Positions 46,319 to 56,029 of a DNA stretch of 64,000 nucleotides are shown here, one piece after another (position 1 is the stretch's first letter; every line of letters starts with the position of its first letter). Source of the stretch: Candidatus Dojkabacteria bacterium. Lineage in GTDB: Bacteria; Patescibacteriota; Dojkabacteria; SC72. The position numbers and the translations under genes were made by a program. The stretch lies in contig JACPFP010000002.1 in the NCBI GenBank assembly GCA_016182915.1, positions 230,244-294,243 on the forward strand, in the 5' to 3' direction. A model generated the notes under the pieces. That model saw only the letters and a program-made list of their open reading frames with translations, did no database searches and was not told the origin of the DNA.

Positions 46319-47164
46319 TTATATCTTCACCGCTTTATCCAATACAGCCCCCGCACCCTTTAACAAGGCATAGGTTACCTTATCCATCTTTGTGCCATCA
46401 AAGATTGCCTCTTCAACATCACAGTGACGGAAAAACACATTACGCAAAACTGAATTTTTAAATGTTGTCTTATTAAAAGAAGAATGACTAAAAGTCACAC
46501 CTTCAAATTCTTCGTTATCAAATGACATTCCATCTAAGTCTGAGTTAATAAACTCTGTCACGTTAAAAATTGTATTTTGAAATGTAGCATCATGTAGCGC
46601 TGAAGCATTAAACTTTGCTCCAGTTAGATTAGCTTCGCTAAAGTTCACATTGGTTAAATCACTCGCGGCGAAGCGAGCCTTAGACAGATCTGCCTTCACA
46701 AATGACGCTCCCCCTACTGCAGAAGCTCGAAAAGTCGAATTAGTTAGGTTGGATCCATTAAATACAGTTCCAATTAGTGAGCTGTAGCTAAAATCTTCAT
46801 CAGATAGGTCAGAATCACTAAGATCAGCATCGTTTAAAACAGTAGATGCAAATCTAGAAAACCCCATCAGCACTTTTGCCTGTTTAACAGTATTCTTTAA
46901 CACTCCCCGCAGACCAGTTTCCTCTACTGGCTTTGGCTTATCACTCTTCTCAGTATGAGGGACTTGCTCCATAATCTCTTCTACATCGCCAAACGAGTCA
47001 ACAGCAGACTGATATGCTTCTTCATCACTCTTCCCTTCTTTCTTTAAATCTTTATATTTTTCAAGAAGGTTAGCAAGTAATTCTTTCGTGACATCAGCTC
47101 GGGCAGGAAAACTTCCGTAAGGAGCAAAGGCACTATCTAAAAACTGTTGTAATTTCTTTTCCAT
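46319..47164 (-). CDS. Pentapeptide-repeat protein with an N-terminal permease-prefix-like domain
   Basis: KELLANLLEKY...EAYQSAVDSFG; A/S-D/N-L/F repeats. Confidence 0.85.
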   Translation of the reverse strand: MEKKLQQFLDSAFAPYGSFPARADVTKELLANLLEKYKDLKKEGKSDEEAYQSAVDSFGDVEEIMEQVPHTEKSDKPKPVEETGLRGVLKNTVKQAKVLMGFSRFASTVLNDADLSDSDLSDEDFSYSSLIGTVFNGSNLTNSTFRASAVGGASFVKADLSKARFAASDLTNVNFSEANLTGAKFNASALHDATFQNTIFNVTEFINSDLDGMSFDNEEFEGVTFSHSSFNKTTFKNSVLRNVFFRHCDVEEAIFDGTKMDKVTYALLKGAGAVLDKAVKI

Positions 47165-47172
47165 TACTTAAT

Positions 47173-47502
47173 TTATAATAATTTATCTAAAATATGCTTC
47201 GCAAAAATCCAATTCTGCTTGTTGCTCTTATACAATTCACGACCGCTTTCCGTAATATGATAGTACCTTCGCCTACTCCCTTGAGTTTCATCTCCCCAAT
47301 AGGAGGTAATATATTTATCATTTTCTAGGCGCTTTAGACTTGAATACATGGTAGCCTCCTTTAATTCATACTGTCGTTCAGAAAGTTCAAATACAAGCTT
47401 GGTAATTTCATAGCCATACTTATCGCTCTCGATCAAGAGTCCGAGAATAATAGTATCTGTATGTCCACGAAGTAAGTCTGCCGATATCTTTTTATATTCC
47501 AT
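47173..47502 (-). CDS. PadR-family transcriptional regulator
   Basis: YGYEI, EATMYSSLKRLE, RRRYYHITESG; promoter TTGACA-17-TACAAT ends 6 nt before the ATG. Confidence 0.9.
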   Translation of the reverse strand: MEYKKISADLLRGHTDTIILGLLIESDKYGYEITKLVFELSERQYELKEATMYSSLKRLENDKYITSYWGDETQGSRRRYYHITESGRELYKSNKQNWIFAKHILDKLL

Positions 47503-47607
47503 AGCTGCATTGTATATCATACTACTATGACTGTCAAGGTATATAGCTTCCGACACAAAGTATTAGACACTAACTAAAAGGAGGGAATCCTCTTATATAA
47601 ACGAGTT

Positions 47608-48879
47608 CTACATATCAGCCCTCTCAAAATGATAAGGTCCGATTTCACATCCACTATAGTCAGTTGAAAAAGTCACCTCCTCTCCATAAAAAGAGGTTTT
47701 AGCTCCAAAAACCACTTTATACTTTCCCTTATTTACAGACTCTGCAATAATTGGATTAGAAAAAAACGAGGTTAGATTCTCTCGAAGAAAAATAACTCGT
47801 TCTCTTTGAATAATCGCTATCAGATTAAGAATCCGACTTTTGTATTTAACAATCTTCCCCACTTCTAAACGATTTTGCAATCCATGAAAAAGAAATAAGG
47901 CAGAAATTAAGGAAGTATGTAACTGATGAATAGGAATTGCAGAACAGTTAATAAAAGTTGTTATTGAAATATCTAGTTCTGGAACGTAAGTAGCCTTAGA
48001 AGTATACCCCCAAACTTCACCTTGATGGTCGTAAATCTTTAACCCATTAAAATCCCAGGAAGAGATCCCAAGTTCCCAATTTGGTTCAGGATGGCGATTA
48101 ACAAAGTATTTATCTTTAGAGATTATTTTCCCCCACTTTTTAATGTAAATTTTCAATAGTTTCTCTACATCTTTTATCTCCGCCTGCCAACCCACACTAC
48201 CTACCATTCCTTTATAGTCTTCAAATTTAACCTTATCCCTCCTCCTATTTTCATAATTAAAGTTTGTATAACCGTCATAAATCCCTATAGGAAGGTTGAA
48301 TTCAAACTCTTTACCTCCTAATAATTTCGGAATGCAATCATTAATAAAGTCTGTATACTTTTGGGAGGTTACCTTTTCAAGGATAAGTCTTAGAAGTTCA
48401 AACCCGATATTTGAGTACCCCCAATCACAGTCACGCAAATCTGAAACATTCAGAAAATAGTTCATCAATTCTTTATCATCGGGATACTCATTATTTGAAG
48501 TTGCCCCCCACGGCCCTTCCCTCCTCAATCCCGAAGTATGGTTTGCCAATTTAAAGAGTCTGATACTTCCAACTGGGCAATTTTTGAACTCAGGGAGGTA
48601 CTCTGACACCTTCGCCTCAAGATTAATTCTATTTTCACGAACTAGGAGAAGAAGGACGTATGTGAGCAACACCTTTGATATTGAACCTAGTCTTAAAGTC
48701 TTTTCTTCTACACTCATCTCACCATACCGAGAGTCTACCAAAACAACATCCCCTTGCGTTATCAGAGTTCTCGCCCCAGGAGCGAAGTTTTTTACATACC
48801 AATCTTTTAAATATAGATTAAGAGTTGATATGAATTCCTCTTTAGACAGAATATTGTTTATATCATAAAGTCCCTCCAT
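47608..48879 (-). CDS. Serine hydrolase, beta-lactamase class C-like family
   Basis: SxxK (GSISK), HTSG, YSN, HQG. Confidence 0.82.
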   Translation of the reverse strand: MEGLYDINNILSKEEFISTLNLYLKDWYVKNFAPGARTLITQGDVVLVDSRYGEMSVEEKTLRLGSISKVLLTYVLLLLVRENRINLEAKVSEYLPEFKNCPVGSIRLFKLANHTSGLRREGPWGATSNNEYPDDKELMNYFLNVSDLRDCDWGYSNIGFELLRLILEKVTSQKYTDFINDCIPKLLGGKEFEFNLPIGIYDGYTNFNYENRRRDKVKFEDYKGMVGSVGWQAEIKDVEKLLKIYIKKWGKIISKDKYFVNRHPEPNWELGISSWDFNGLKIYDHQGEVWGYTSKATYVPELDISITTFINCSAIPIHQLHTSLISALFLFHGLQNRLEVGKIVKYKSRILNLIAIIQRERVIFLRENLTSFFSNPIIAESVNKGKYKVVFGAKTSFYGEEVTFSTDYSGCEIGPYHFERADM

Positions 48880-48946
48880 TCCGCGATTATACGGTAGAAA
48901 GGAGTTACAGACAACATATAATGAACAATATTTCATAATTACATCC

Positions 48947-49024
48947 ATGAATACCGCAATATTATTTTCCCATGGATTCGGAATTAGATTTGTTTTCACT
49001 ATAAAACAGAACTACAATATATAG
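48947..49024 (+). pseudogene. Truncated duplicate of the first 14 codons of the alpha/beta hydrolase at 51150
   Basis: MNTAILFSHGFGIR, then unrelated sequence and a stop; 42/46 nt identical to 51145-51190. Confidence 0.8.
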
Positions 49025-49050
49025 GGCTAATATTTTAACAAGCTATTCAT

Positions 49051-49407
49051 ATGGAGAAAGGATATAAAATAATACAGGTAGTTGGAACGATTATTGGAAT
49101 AATCTTAATTCCATACTTAATTGGATTAGGTATGAACTTCCAGAAAAGCAGAGCGGAGAAATACCCATGGTCTGGGAGCTTTTTCAATAGGACATACTCA
49201 GAAGCAAACCAACTAACGGATTCAAAAAGAAATAAATTCAAGACAGTTAATGAGTGCCAGACTTGGGCAAAAGAGAAAGCTGAGTGGTACGACTTAAAAG
49301 AAGGAGAATGGGATTATGAATGTGGTAAGAACTGTGAATATAAAGATCAGGGAATTACAGGAGGAAAGCGCATTGAGACGTTCGAATGTGAAGAGATCAC
49401 TCAATAA
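49051..49407 (+). CDS. Small membrane-anchored Cys-containing protein
   Basis: N-terminal TM segment; four Cys in the soluble domain. Confidence 0.7.
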   Translation: MEKGYKIIQVVGTIIGIILIPYLIGLGMNFQKSRAEKYPWSGSFFNRTYSEANQLTDSKRNKFKTVNECQTWAKEKAEWYDLKEGEWDYECGKNCEYKDQGITGGKRIETFECEEITQ

Positions 49408-49480
49408 CTTTTCTTCATCAGTAGTACGACTATAGTAACATATAGTTGCAACCATCTACCACTACGTAGTATAATCAAAT

Positions 49481-50257
49481 ATGAATATTAAGAATTCACT
49501 TGAAAACTTGGGATTGTCACAAAATGAGATTTCAATTTACCTCTACCTACTCTCAAAGGGAGAAAGCTTAGGTAATCAGATTCGTAAGGACAATCAATTA
49601 GACAAATCTACCTCGTATAAAGCAATCACACAATTACTTAGAAAGGGCCTTATAACAAGTTCAGGAGACTCAAGAAATCAAAAATTCAAAGTCGCTCCAA
49701 AAGATGTAATGTTAAAACTCTTTGATAAACAGAAAGCAGAGATTGATGACTCAAAAAGTATCTTCTTAAACGCATTTGCGGATCTAGAGAAATATTCAGC
49801 AGACTACTATCAAAATGAAAATGTGAAGATATTTGTGGGTAGTGATGCATATACAAGATATCACAAGGAGATACTACGAGAGGAGATAGAGACAATTAGG
49901 ACAATAACTTCTTCAGAGACCGCTAAAAAACTCGCCGGAGGAACAGGTAACCTTAAAGAGGGAAACGAATGGTTTATTAAAGAGAGAGTATCTAGAGATA
50001 TAAATGTTAAAGTCCTTTACGATATAAGTGCTATTCCAGATGAGTATGATGTAAGCAACATACCTTTACTCAAAGAATGCAGAAGGTACTCCCAAAAGCT
50101 CAACTTAGAGTCTATGATGTCTACCTTCGGAGATAGAGTTGGTTTTGCAACAATCAAAGAAGGAAAGTTTTGGGCCTTAATAATCAAGGATCAGTTAATT
50201 GTAGACTTGCTAAACAGCCTCTTCGAATCTATTTGGATAATTTCCACAAAATCTTAA
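49481..50257 (+). CDS. TrmB-family transcriptional regulator
   Basis: LENLGLSQNEISIYLYLL HTH plus a C-terminal effector domain. Confidence 0.85.
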   Translation: MNIKNSLENLGLSQNEISIYLYLLSKGESLGNQIRKDNQLDKSTSYKAITQLLRKGLITSSGDSRNQKFKVAPKDVMLKLFDKQKAEIDDSKSIFLNAFADLEKYSADYYQNENVKIFVGSDAYTRYHKEILREEIETIRTITSSETAKKLAGGTGNLKEGNEWFIKERVSRDINVKVLYDISAIPDEYDVSNIPLLKECRRYSQKLNLESMMSTFGDRVGFATIKEGKFWALIIKDQLIVDLLNSLFESIWIISTKS

Positions 50258-50260
50258 ACT

Positions 50261-51109
50261 ATGAATAGTTCAATACCAGAAATAAAAGCATTTGGGAAAG
50301 ATAGACTTTTGAAGTTAGGAATTGGGACCTGGGGTATAGGTGGATATATGACCAAGACCCCCTACTCCGATTATGTTAACGAGATTGCTCAAATTAAGTA
50401 TCAGATAAACAAGGGATTAACTTTATTAGATTGCTGGATAGCCCAAGGCGAAGGTGGATCACTAGAACTAATACGCCAATCAATTGAAGAGTTTGACAGG
50501 AAAAGCCTCACGCTGTTATGTAAGTTCGACATTCATAAATACAAAGATATTAATGAGTTAGAAGAGGTCTTTAATAAGTACTTGAAACAACTAAATATCA
50601 GGTACATAGATGTATTTCAAATTCATAAACCTGATTTTAAAAACATTTCAGAGAAAGAGCTTGAGAAGTTCTTAAAGAGAAAGATCGCAGAAGGAAAAGT
50701 AATCAAATTTGCAGTATCGAATGCAAATATAGAAAGCATTAAAAATATACAGAAGAAGATTGATATTCCAATTGAGGCAAATGAGATTCTATACAATATT
50801 TTCAATCGCGAATACGAGCACGATGGTACTATTGAGTACTGTGTCAAAAATGGAATAAAGATACTCGCTTACAGACCAATAAATAGAGGAATGGCAAATA
50901 TTGCGCATGCGAATACGGAGTTTGCTAACCTAGTACTTAAATATGGTGTAACTCCAAGTCAGTTAGCATTAAACTGGTTACTACAGAAAAAGAATGTTAT
51001 GGCTCTTATAAAGAGTTCAAATAGAGCCCACATTAATGAGAACCTTGATTGCATGTCTATCGAGCTTTCTAAGGACGATATCAAAATTCTTGATAACTGG
51101 AGTTTATAG
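50261..51109 (+). CDS. Aldo/keto reductase
   Basis: LGIGTWGIG, IDVFQIH, AVSN, AYRPI, TPSQLALNW, HINENL. Confidence 0.88.
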   Translation: MNSSIPEIKAFGKDRLLKLGIGTWGIGGYMTKTPYSDYVNEIAQIKYQINKGLTLLDCWIAQGEGGSLELIRQSIEEFDRKSLTLLCKFDIHKYKDINELEEVFNKYLKQLNIRYIDVFQIHKPDFKNISEKELEKFLKRKIAEGKVIKFAVSNANIESIKNIQKKIDIPIEANEILYNIFNREYEHDGTIEYCVKNGIKILAYRPINRGMANIAHANTEFANLVLKYGVTPSQLALNWLLQKKNVMALIKSSNRAHINENLDCMSIELSKDDIKILDNWSL

Positions 51110-51149
51110 TTTCTATTCTTCACAAAGGTTGATATGTTACAATTCATCC

Positions 51150-51818
51150 ATGAATACAGCAATACTATTCTCTCATGGATTCGGAATTAGGAAAGACAAC
51201 CTGGGGCTATTTATCTTCCTTTCTGAAAAGTTGCAAAGATTAGGATATATAACCGTACTCTTCGACTACTACGAATATAACGAAGAAACTAAAGAGGTAT
51301 ACACCATTCCATTCTCAAAACACGCTGAAATCCTCCAAGCCCAGATTGAGAAAGTTAAAAAAGAATATCCAGGAAAAGATATTAAAATAGTTGCTCAATC
51401 CCAGGGTTGTATTATTCCAACCCTCTGTGATATGACAGGTATCTCCCAGGTAATTGGAATATCCCCCTTCTTCTTAACAGATAGAAATTCGATATTGGAA
51501 AGATACAATGCAAGACCAGATAGTACGACAGACTTTTCTAGTATCTCGAGAAGAAAACACTCCGACGGAAAGATAACTGTTATTCCACCTGAATACTGGA
51601 CAGAACGATTTAATACTAATCAATACGATTTATACAATAAACTTGCACAGAAGACCTCCCTAACTCTAATCTATGGGAACAAAGACAATCTTGCTACCTC
51701 CGCAGATATAAAAAACATTAGAAATACAAAGATTATAGAAACAGAATCAGACCACGACTTTACAGGAGAGAACAAAGAGATCCTTTACGAAATTCTCCTC
51801 AAGGAGATTAAGAATTAG
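51150..51818 (+). CDS. Alpha/beta-fold hydrolase
   Basis: FSHGFG, AQSQG nucleophile elbow, YGNKD, SDHDF. Confidence 0.8.
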   Translation: MNTAILFSHGFGIRKDNLGLFIFLSEKLQRLGYITVLFDYYEYNEETKEVYTIPFSKHAEILQAQIEKVKKEYPGKDIKIVAQSQGCIIPTLCDMTGISQVIGISPFFLTDRNSILERYNARPDSTTDFSSISRRKHSDGKITVIPPEYWTERFNTNQYDLYNKLAQKTSLTLIYGNKDNLATSADIKNIRNTKIIETESDHDFTGENKEILYEILLKEIKN

Positions 51819-52719
51819 AGGGATCAATCTCCTTTCTCACACTCCAATACTCTCTCCATACTTCAAATCCAAGCTTCCTATAGAAATCAACAGCATACGT
51901 CCAACCAATCCATACATATTTAATACCTTGCTCTTTGATTTTTTGAGTTCCCCAGGCCTTCATAGCTAAACCAATACCCTTCCCCCTATGCTTCTCTGAA
52001 ACTCCTAACGCCGCCCCACCGCCAACACTACCCTCAAAGAGAAGTTTCCAATTACACTCACCCATCCATAATTCACTAATCCCAACTATTTCATCTTCAA
52101 TGCTAGCGTAGAAAACCTCACTAAATCTTTCCTCTTCCATATCAGATCTATAATACTCATACCAGTTAGGAAAGTTTTCTTTAGTAAACTCTACAATCTT
52201 TTCAGCAACTTCTCTTGTAGACATAGCTATTTTAACACCCTTCTCCTCCATCATCTCTAAAATACCAGCAGGCAAATTCCAATTTGTAATATCCTGATAC
52301 ATATCAATAAGGCCTTTATCAGTGACCTCGAATCCAAGCTCTTTGAAAAATCCTTCCACATTTAAATTTTTAGGGAGACCAGGAAAGATATATGAACCCG
52401 CTCCTGCTCCAAACAGAACCTCTTTTACACCTTTCCCCCTAAAGTGCTCCTGAGCTTGCTTTAATAATTTACTCCCAATTCCATTGTTCCTATGGTTTTT
52501 ACCTACGAAAAGAAAGCATATTACCCCTTTACTCTCTCGAACCTTTATTGATATGTAACCAGCAAGATCATCTCCAACATATTCCTTAAAAACCTTAGTC
52601 TCATTATTGATATCGTTCTTATGTTTCCCTGTAACTATATTTAAGAATGGCTCCTTGTTAATTGGCCAAAGTTTATACTCTTCCGAATTTCTATATATTT
52701 CGTATAGTTGATTATCCAT
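51808..52719 (-). CDS. Tandem GNAT acetyltransferase
   Basis: Two acetyl-CoA motifs (HRNNGIGSKL, HRGKGIGLAM), FYRKLGF. Confidence 0.88.
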   Translation of the reverse strand: MDNQLYEIYRNSEEYKLWPINKEPFLNIVTGKHKNDINNETKVFKEYVGDDLAGYISIKVRESKGVICFLFVGKNHRNNGIGSKLLKQAQEHFRGKGVKEVLFGAGAGSYIFPGLPKNLNVEGFFKELGFEVTDKGLIDMYQDITNWNLPAGILEMMEEKGVKIAMSTREVAEKIVEFTKENFPNWYEYYRSDMEEERFSEVFYASIEDEIVGISELWMGECNWKLLFEGSVGGGAALGVSEKHRGKGIGLAMKAWGTQKIKEQGIKYVWIGWTYAVDFYRKLGFEVWREYWSVRKEIDPSNS

Positions 52720-52796
52720 CTCCCAAGTTTATCCCAAATATTGTTACATTGTAAGCTAGAGAAAGGGAATCACAGCTCCTTCTTTTAGGAATAACC

Positions 52797-52825
52797 TTGC
52801 TAATAAGCCTCTTTTACGCTATAAT
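52797..52825 (+). promoter_or_regulatory. Promoter of the attenuated GNAT unit
   Basis: TTGCTA, 17-nt spacer, TATAAT. Confidence 0.75.
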
Positions 52826-52865
52826 CCCCCTGAGTTAATACTCAAATAGATATATATTTATAAAA

Positions 52866-52958
52866 ATGCGTAGATTTGCATTAAACACAATGAAGAACTT
52901 AGTAGTAACACCTTGCTATGAAGGTGCGAATTTCATTGTGGCTTATCTATTGTCTTAA
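52866..52958 (+). CDS. Putative leader peptide MRRFALNTMKNLVVTPCYEGANFIVAYLLS
   Basis: 30-codon uORF overlapping the antiterminator strand. Confidence 0.55.
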   Translation: MRRFALNTMKNLVVTPCYEGANFIVAYLLS

Positions 52959-52985
52959 CAAATATCCCTTTAAGCGAAACTAGAT

Positions 52986-53008
52986 AAGCCTCCATCGGAG
53001 GCTTTTTT
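52986..53008 (+). terminator. Attenuator terminator in the GNAT leader
   Basis: AAGCCTCC-ATC-GGAGGCTT followed by TTTT; competing pairing 52940-52949/52981-52990. Confidence 0.85.
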
Positions 53009-53096
53009 CATTAATTGCAAGTTGGAGGTTTTTCCAGGTTCACATTCACTTAGTGAGAGCCTGATGCCAGCTTGCACATTAAAAAAGGAGATAAAG

Positions 53097-53750
53097 ATGT
53101 TCGGAAAAGCTATGTCCATAAGGGGAAAAGCTGGGTTAATCCAGCTGAAGCCGTTCGCTAAAGAGGAGATCGCCTGCGCGAGAGTTTGCGGTATGTTCAG
53201 TGACCACGAGGTTACCCGCTATACCCTCATGCAGCACTCCCCTTCCATATCCGACGAAGAGAAGTTCTGGGAAAGGACCAGTGAGGATAAAGATTCGAGA
53301 GTTTGGGGTGTATACCTCGATGAAAGCCCCCTCATAGGGATAACCTCAATCAGGATAGATATACCCAATCATATGGGCTCAACCGGCTTTATGCTCTACG
53401 ATAAGAGTTTCTGGAGAAAAGGCATTGCCTCAACAAGCCATTTAGCCAGAACCCATTACGCCGTGGAGTTTCTAGACCTGAAGTCGATTACGAGTGGAGT
53501 TATATCCCCCAATACCGGCTCACGAAAAGCCCTTCAAAGTGTCGGATACTTCATAACGGGATATAAGTTGGGTCAACTATACCGAAATGGAGTCTACAGA
53601 CATCATGTCGATCTACAATGGATCCGTCCCGGATATGAGAACCTGATCCTCGCAGACGGAATCCCAGAAGAACTATCTTCCAGAGCAAAGGAAGCTATCC
53701 TAACCGCCGAAAAAGCTCTCCAAAGAGCCAAAGTTGAAGTGAAATTCTAA
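53097..53750 (+). CDS. RimJ/RimL-type GNAT acetyltransferase
   Basis: AAGGAG Shine-Dalgarno; FWRKGIAS, NTGSRKALQSVGY. Confidence 0.85.
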   Translation: MFGKAMSIRGKAGLIQLKPFAKEEIACARVCGMFSDHEVTRYTLMQHSPSISDEEKFWERTSEDKDSRVWGVYLDESPLIGITSIRIDIPNHMGSTGFMLYDKSFWRKGIASTSHLARTHYAVEFLDLKSITSGVISPNTGSRKALQSVGYFITGYKLGQLYRNGVYRHHVDLQWIRPGYENLILADGIPEELSSRAKEAILTAEKALQRAKVEVKF

Positions 53751-53770
53751 ATTCAGTTGCAAGCTGGCGC

Positions 53771-53807
53771 AAGAGCCCTAGGTATAAAAAATACTTAGGG
53801 CTTTTTT
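53771..53807 (+). terminator. Intrinsic terminator after the GNAT gene
   Basis: AGCCCTAGGTAT-AAAAA-ATACTTAGGGC followed by TTTTTT. Confidence 0.85.
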
Positions 53808-53843
53808 CTTTTAAGGAATATCCATATCTTTCTACAAAGAAAT

Positions 53844-54776
53844 GTGAAAAAATCAGTTATGGAACTATCAAATGAGCTCACCGCACTATACAGACATTGG
53901 GAAAAACACATTAATAATAGAAACGAGGATAGGAAGGTGATATTAAACAGAGATGTATACGAGAGAATAGTTAAGTTTGCCAATGAAAGAATGACTATTT
54001 ATGAGAGGAAAATCAAAGGAGATCTTCCTCCATTCAGTACCGATAAGATACTCTGTAACTATAGATTTTGTAATATCTATAGAGAATTAGACAGACAAAC
54101 AATTGCATTCCATAGGCTTCTGAAACCATACGAAAATAACTTTTCCCTCTGGCTTCTCAATATGCTCTTCTGCCGTTTTATATGCAATCCAGGAACAATA
54201 TCGAAGGTTGGACTCCTAAACTTTGAAAGGAGCAACAACATTAAGGTATTTAAAAAGCTCTCCTCCCTATCCTCTCCTAAATATGGAGTCGCCTACATAT
54301 TTCCCATAAGTACAATACAAAAATCCAAATACAATACCCGTGAGAAATTCTTCTGTTACTACCTCCCCACCGTAATAAAAGAGATTGCAAAGGAGATTGA
54401 AGCCTTCGAGAGCATTTCAGTTACAGAGGCTTTAGAAAGACTCCTCCCTATCTTTGGCTTCAACTTTAAGTTCCATTTTACAGAACTCCTAATCGACACG
54501 GCATACCAGTACCCAGATAAAATAGATCTATTTAAGAGGTTCCCAATTGGCCCAGGCTCCCTCCCTACAATGAACCTCCTCAACCCTACTCAATCCCCAG
54601 AGGAGGTGTGCATGAGCCTTGCTTCCACACATCCTAACAAGTTTAACTACCTAACAATCAACGGTAAAAAGATTCCCCTTAGTGCAGAGAACTGGGAAGG
54701 GATAGGGTGTGAATTTAGAAAATATACAAACCTAAACAAGGGAGATGGAAGGAAGCGACTGTATATAAATAAGTGA
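53844..54776 (+). CDS. Putative DNA base-hypermodification protein (aGPT-Pplase1 / 5-hmdU DNA kinase helical-domain family)
   Basis: ERMTIY...PPFSTDKILCNYRFCNIYRELDR, GPGS, EGIGCEFRKY match the family pattern as recalled; start may be 53859. Confidence 0.72.
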   Translation: MKKSVMELSNELTALYRHWEKHINNRNEDRKVILNRDVYERIVKFANERMTIYERKIKGDLPPFSTDKILCNYRFCNIYRELDRQTIAFHRLLKPYENNFSLWLLNMLFCRFICNPGTISKVGLLNFERSNNIKVFKKLSSLSSPKYGVAYIFPISTIQKSKYNTREKFFCYYLPTVIKEIAKEIEAFESISVTEALERLLPIFGFNFKFHFTELLIDTAYQYPDKIDLFKRFPIGPGSLPTMNLLNPTQSPEEVCMSLASTHPNKFNYLTINGKKIPLSAENWEGIGCEFRKYTNLNKGDGRKRLYINK

Positions 54777-54788
54777 TATAATTCATAG

Positions 54789-55292
54789 ATGAAATTCATT
54801 ACCGCTAAGCAATACCAAACTATTAAAGATATCCCCAGATCCAGACTAACCGCCCGTTTTCTTGTCTACACAGGTGCGATTATTGAAAAAGGTGGAAAGG
54901 TCCTTTTGTGCAAGCCAATAAAATCCAAATACCCAGGATGGCAGTTACCAGGAGGAAAGGTCCTCTGGAGCGAAGATATCAGAGAGGCTGTATGTAGAGA
55001 GGTTCTAGAAGAAACGGGACTAACAGTTGAGTTACAAGGTCTCATAGGTATATTCGAGAGAAAAACGGAACCAGAAGACGAAGAGTTCCTACGGGTTATA
55101 TTTACAGCTTCCATCAAAGGAAAACCCATTAAAATTGAAGATCCTGAAATTGCAGAAATTAATTGGTTTGACCCTAAAGATATCCTCAATGAAAAAGTCC
55201 CTCTACAAACGAAACAGATGCTTAAAGAATTTGATCGATATGTTAAAGGAAAGAGTTTTCCACTCGAAGTAATTGATATATATACTTGGTAA
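54789..55292 (+). CDS. NUDIX hydrolase
   Basis: WQLPGGKV...AVCREVLEETG. Confidence 0.88.
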   Translation: MKFITAKQYQTIKDIPRSRLTARFLVYTGAIIEKGGKVLLCKPIKSKYPGWQLPGGKVLWSEDIREAVCREVLEETGLTVELQGLIGIFERKTEPEDEEFLRVIFTASIKGKPIKIEDPEIAEINWFDPKDILNEKVPLQTKQMLKEFDRYVKGKSFPLEVIDIYTW

Positions 55293-55294
55293 AG

Positions 55295-56029
55295 ATGAGA
55301 CCATATCTGAATAAATATAAGAAGAAAGAGCCTTTAACCATTGTCTGTATTGGCGATAGTACCACATCGCAAGAGTGGTGCCACCCAAACTGGGTTGATT
55401 GGATAAACTTTGTTTTCAGACAGGGAGAAGGAGAACTAGAGGGAGTTAAAAGAAAGGTTATCAACTCGGGAGGAGACGGACAAAATAATAGATATTTCAT
55501 AGAGAATTTCGAAGACACAATTGCTATGTATAAGCCCGACATAGTAGTAATGTCGCTTGGTTTTAATCATCTTGAAAAGATAGACAGATTCAGCGAATCT
55601 ACACTAGAATTAGTAAAAATGATTAAAGAGATCGGTAGTGAAGTAGTGCTTTGGTCAACATATGACACACCAAACCTCAAATACTCTGAAAAGTTGGGGC
55701 ACGCTAGTAATATATATCAAGAAGTAGCGAAAAGCCAAGACGCTATATTCGTCGATATATACTCCGAATTTAGAAGATACAACCTCCCTTCTCTCTTCAC
55801 TTTTGTACATCAATGGGACAACCCTGACTGGGGACTTAAACCAGGAGACATAGACTTCATACACTGCAATAAGATTGGAAATCAGGTAATAGCAGAAAAG
55901 ATTCTCAAAGAGGTATTCGAAACAGATCTTTCAATGACCAAGGAATGGGAGGCGGTTGGAGGAAGAATGGGAAATATGTTTCCAGTAGATCTTAATAACT
56001 ATTTATTAGAAAAACATAATGGAGAGTAA
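55295..56029 (+). CDS. SGNH/GDSL hydrolase
   Basis: IGDSTT, INSGGDG, LGFN, DFIHCN. Confidence 0.85.
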   Translation: MRPYLNKYKKKEPLTIVCIGDSTTSQEWCHPNWVDWINFVFRQGEGELEGVKRKVINSGGDGQNNRYFIENFEDTIAMYKPDIVVMSLGFNHLEKIDRFSESTLELVKMIKEIGSEVVLWSTYDTPNLKYSEKLGHASNIYQEVAKSQDAIFVDIYSEFRRYNLPSLFTFVHQWDNPDWGLKPGDIDFIHCNKIGNQVIAEKILKEVFETDLSMTKEWEAVGGRMGNMFPVDLNNYLLEKHNGE

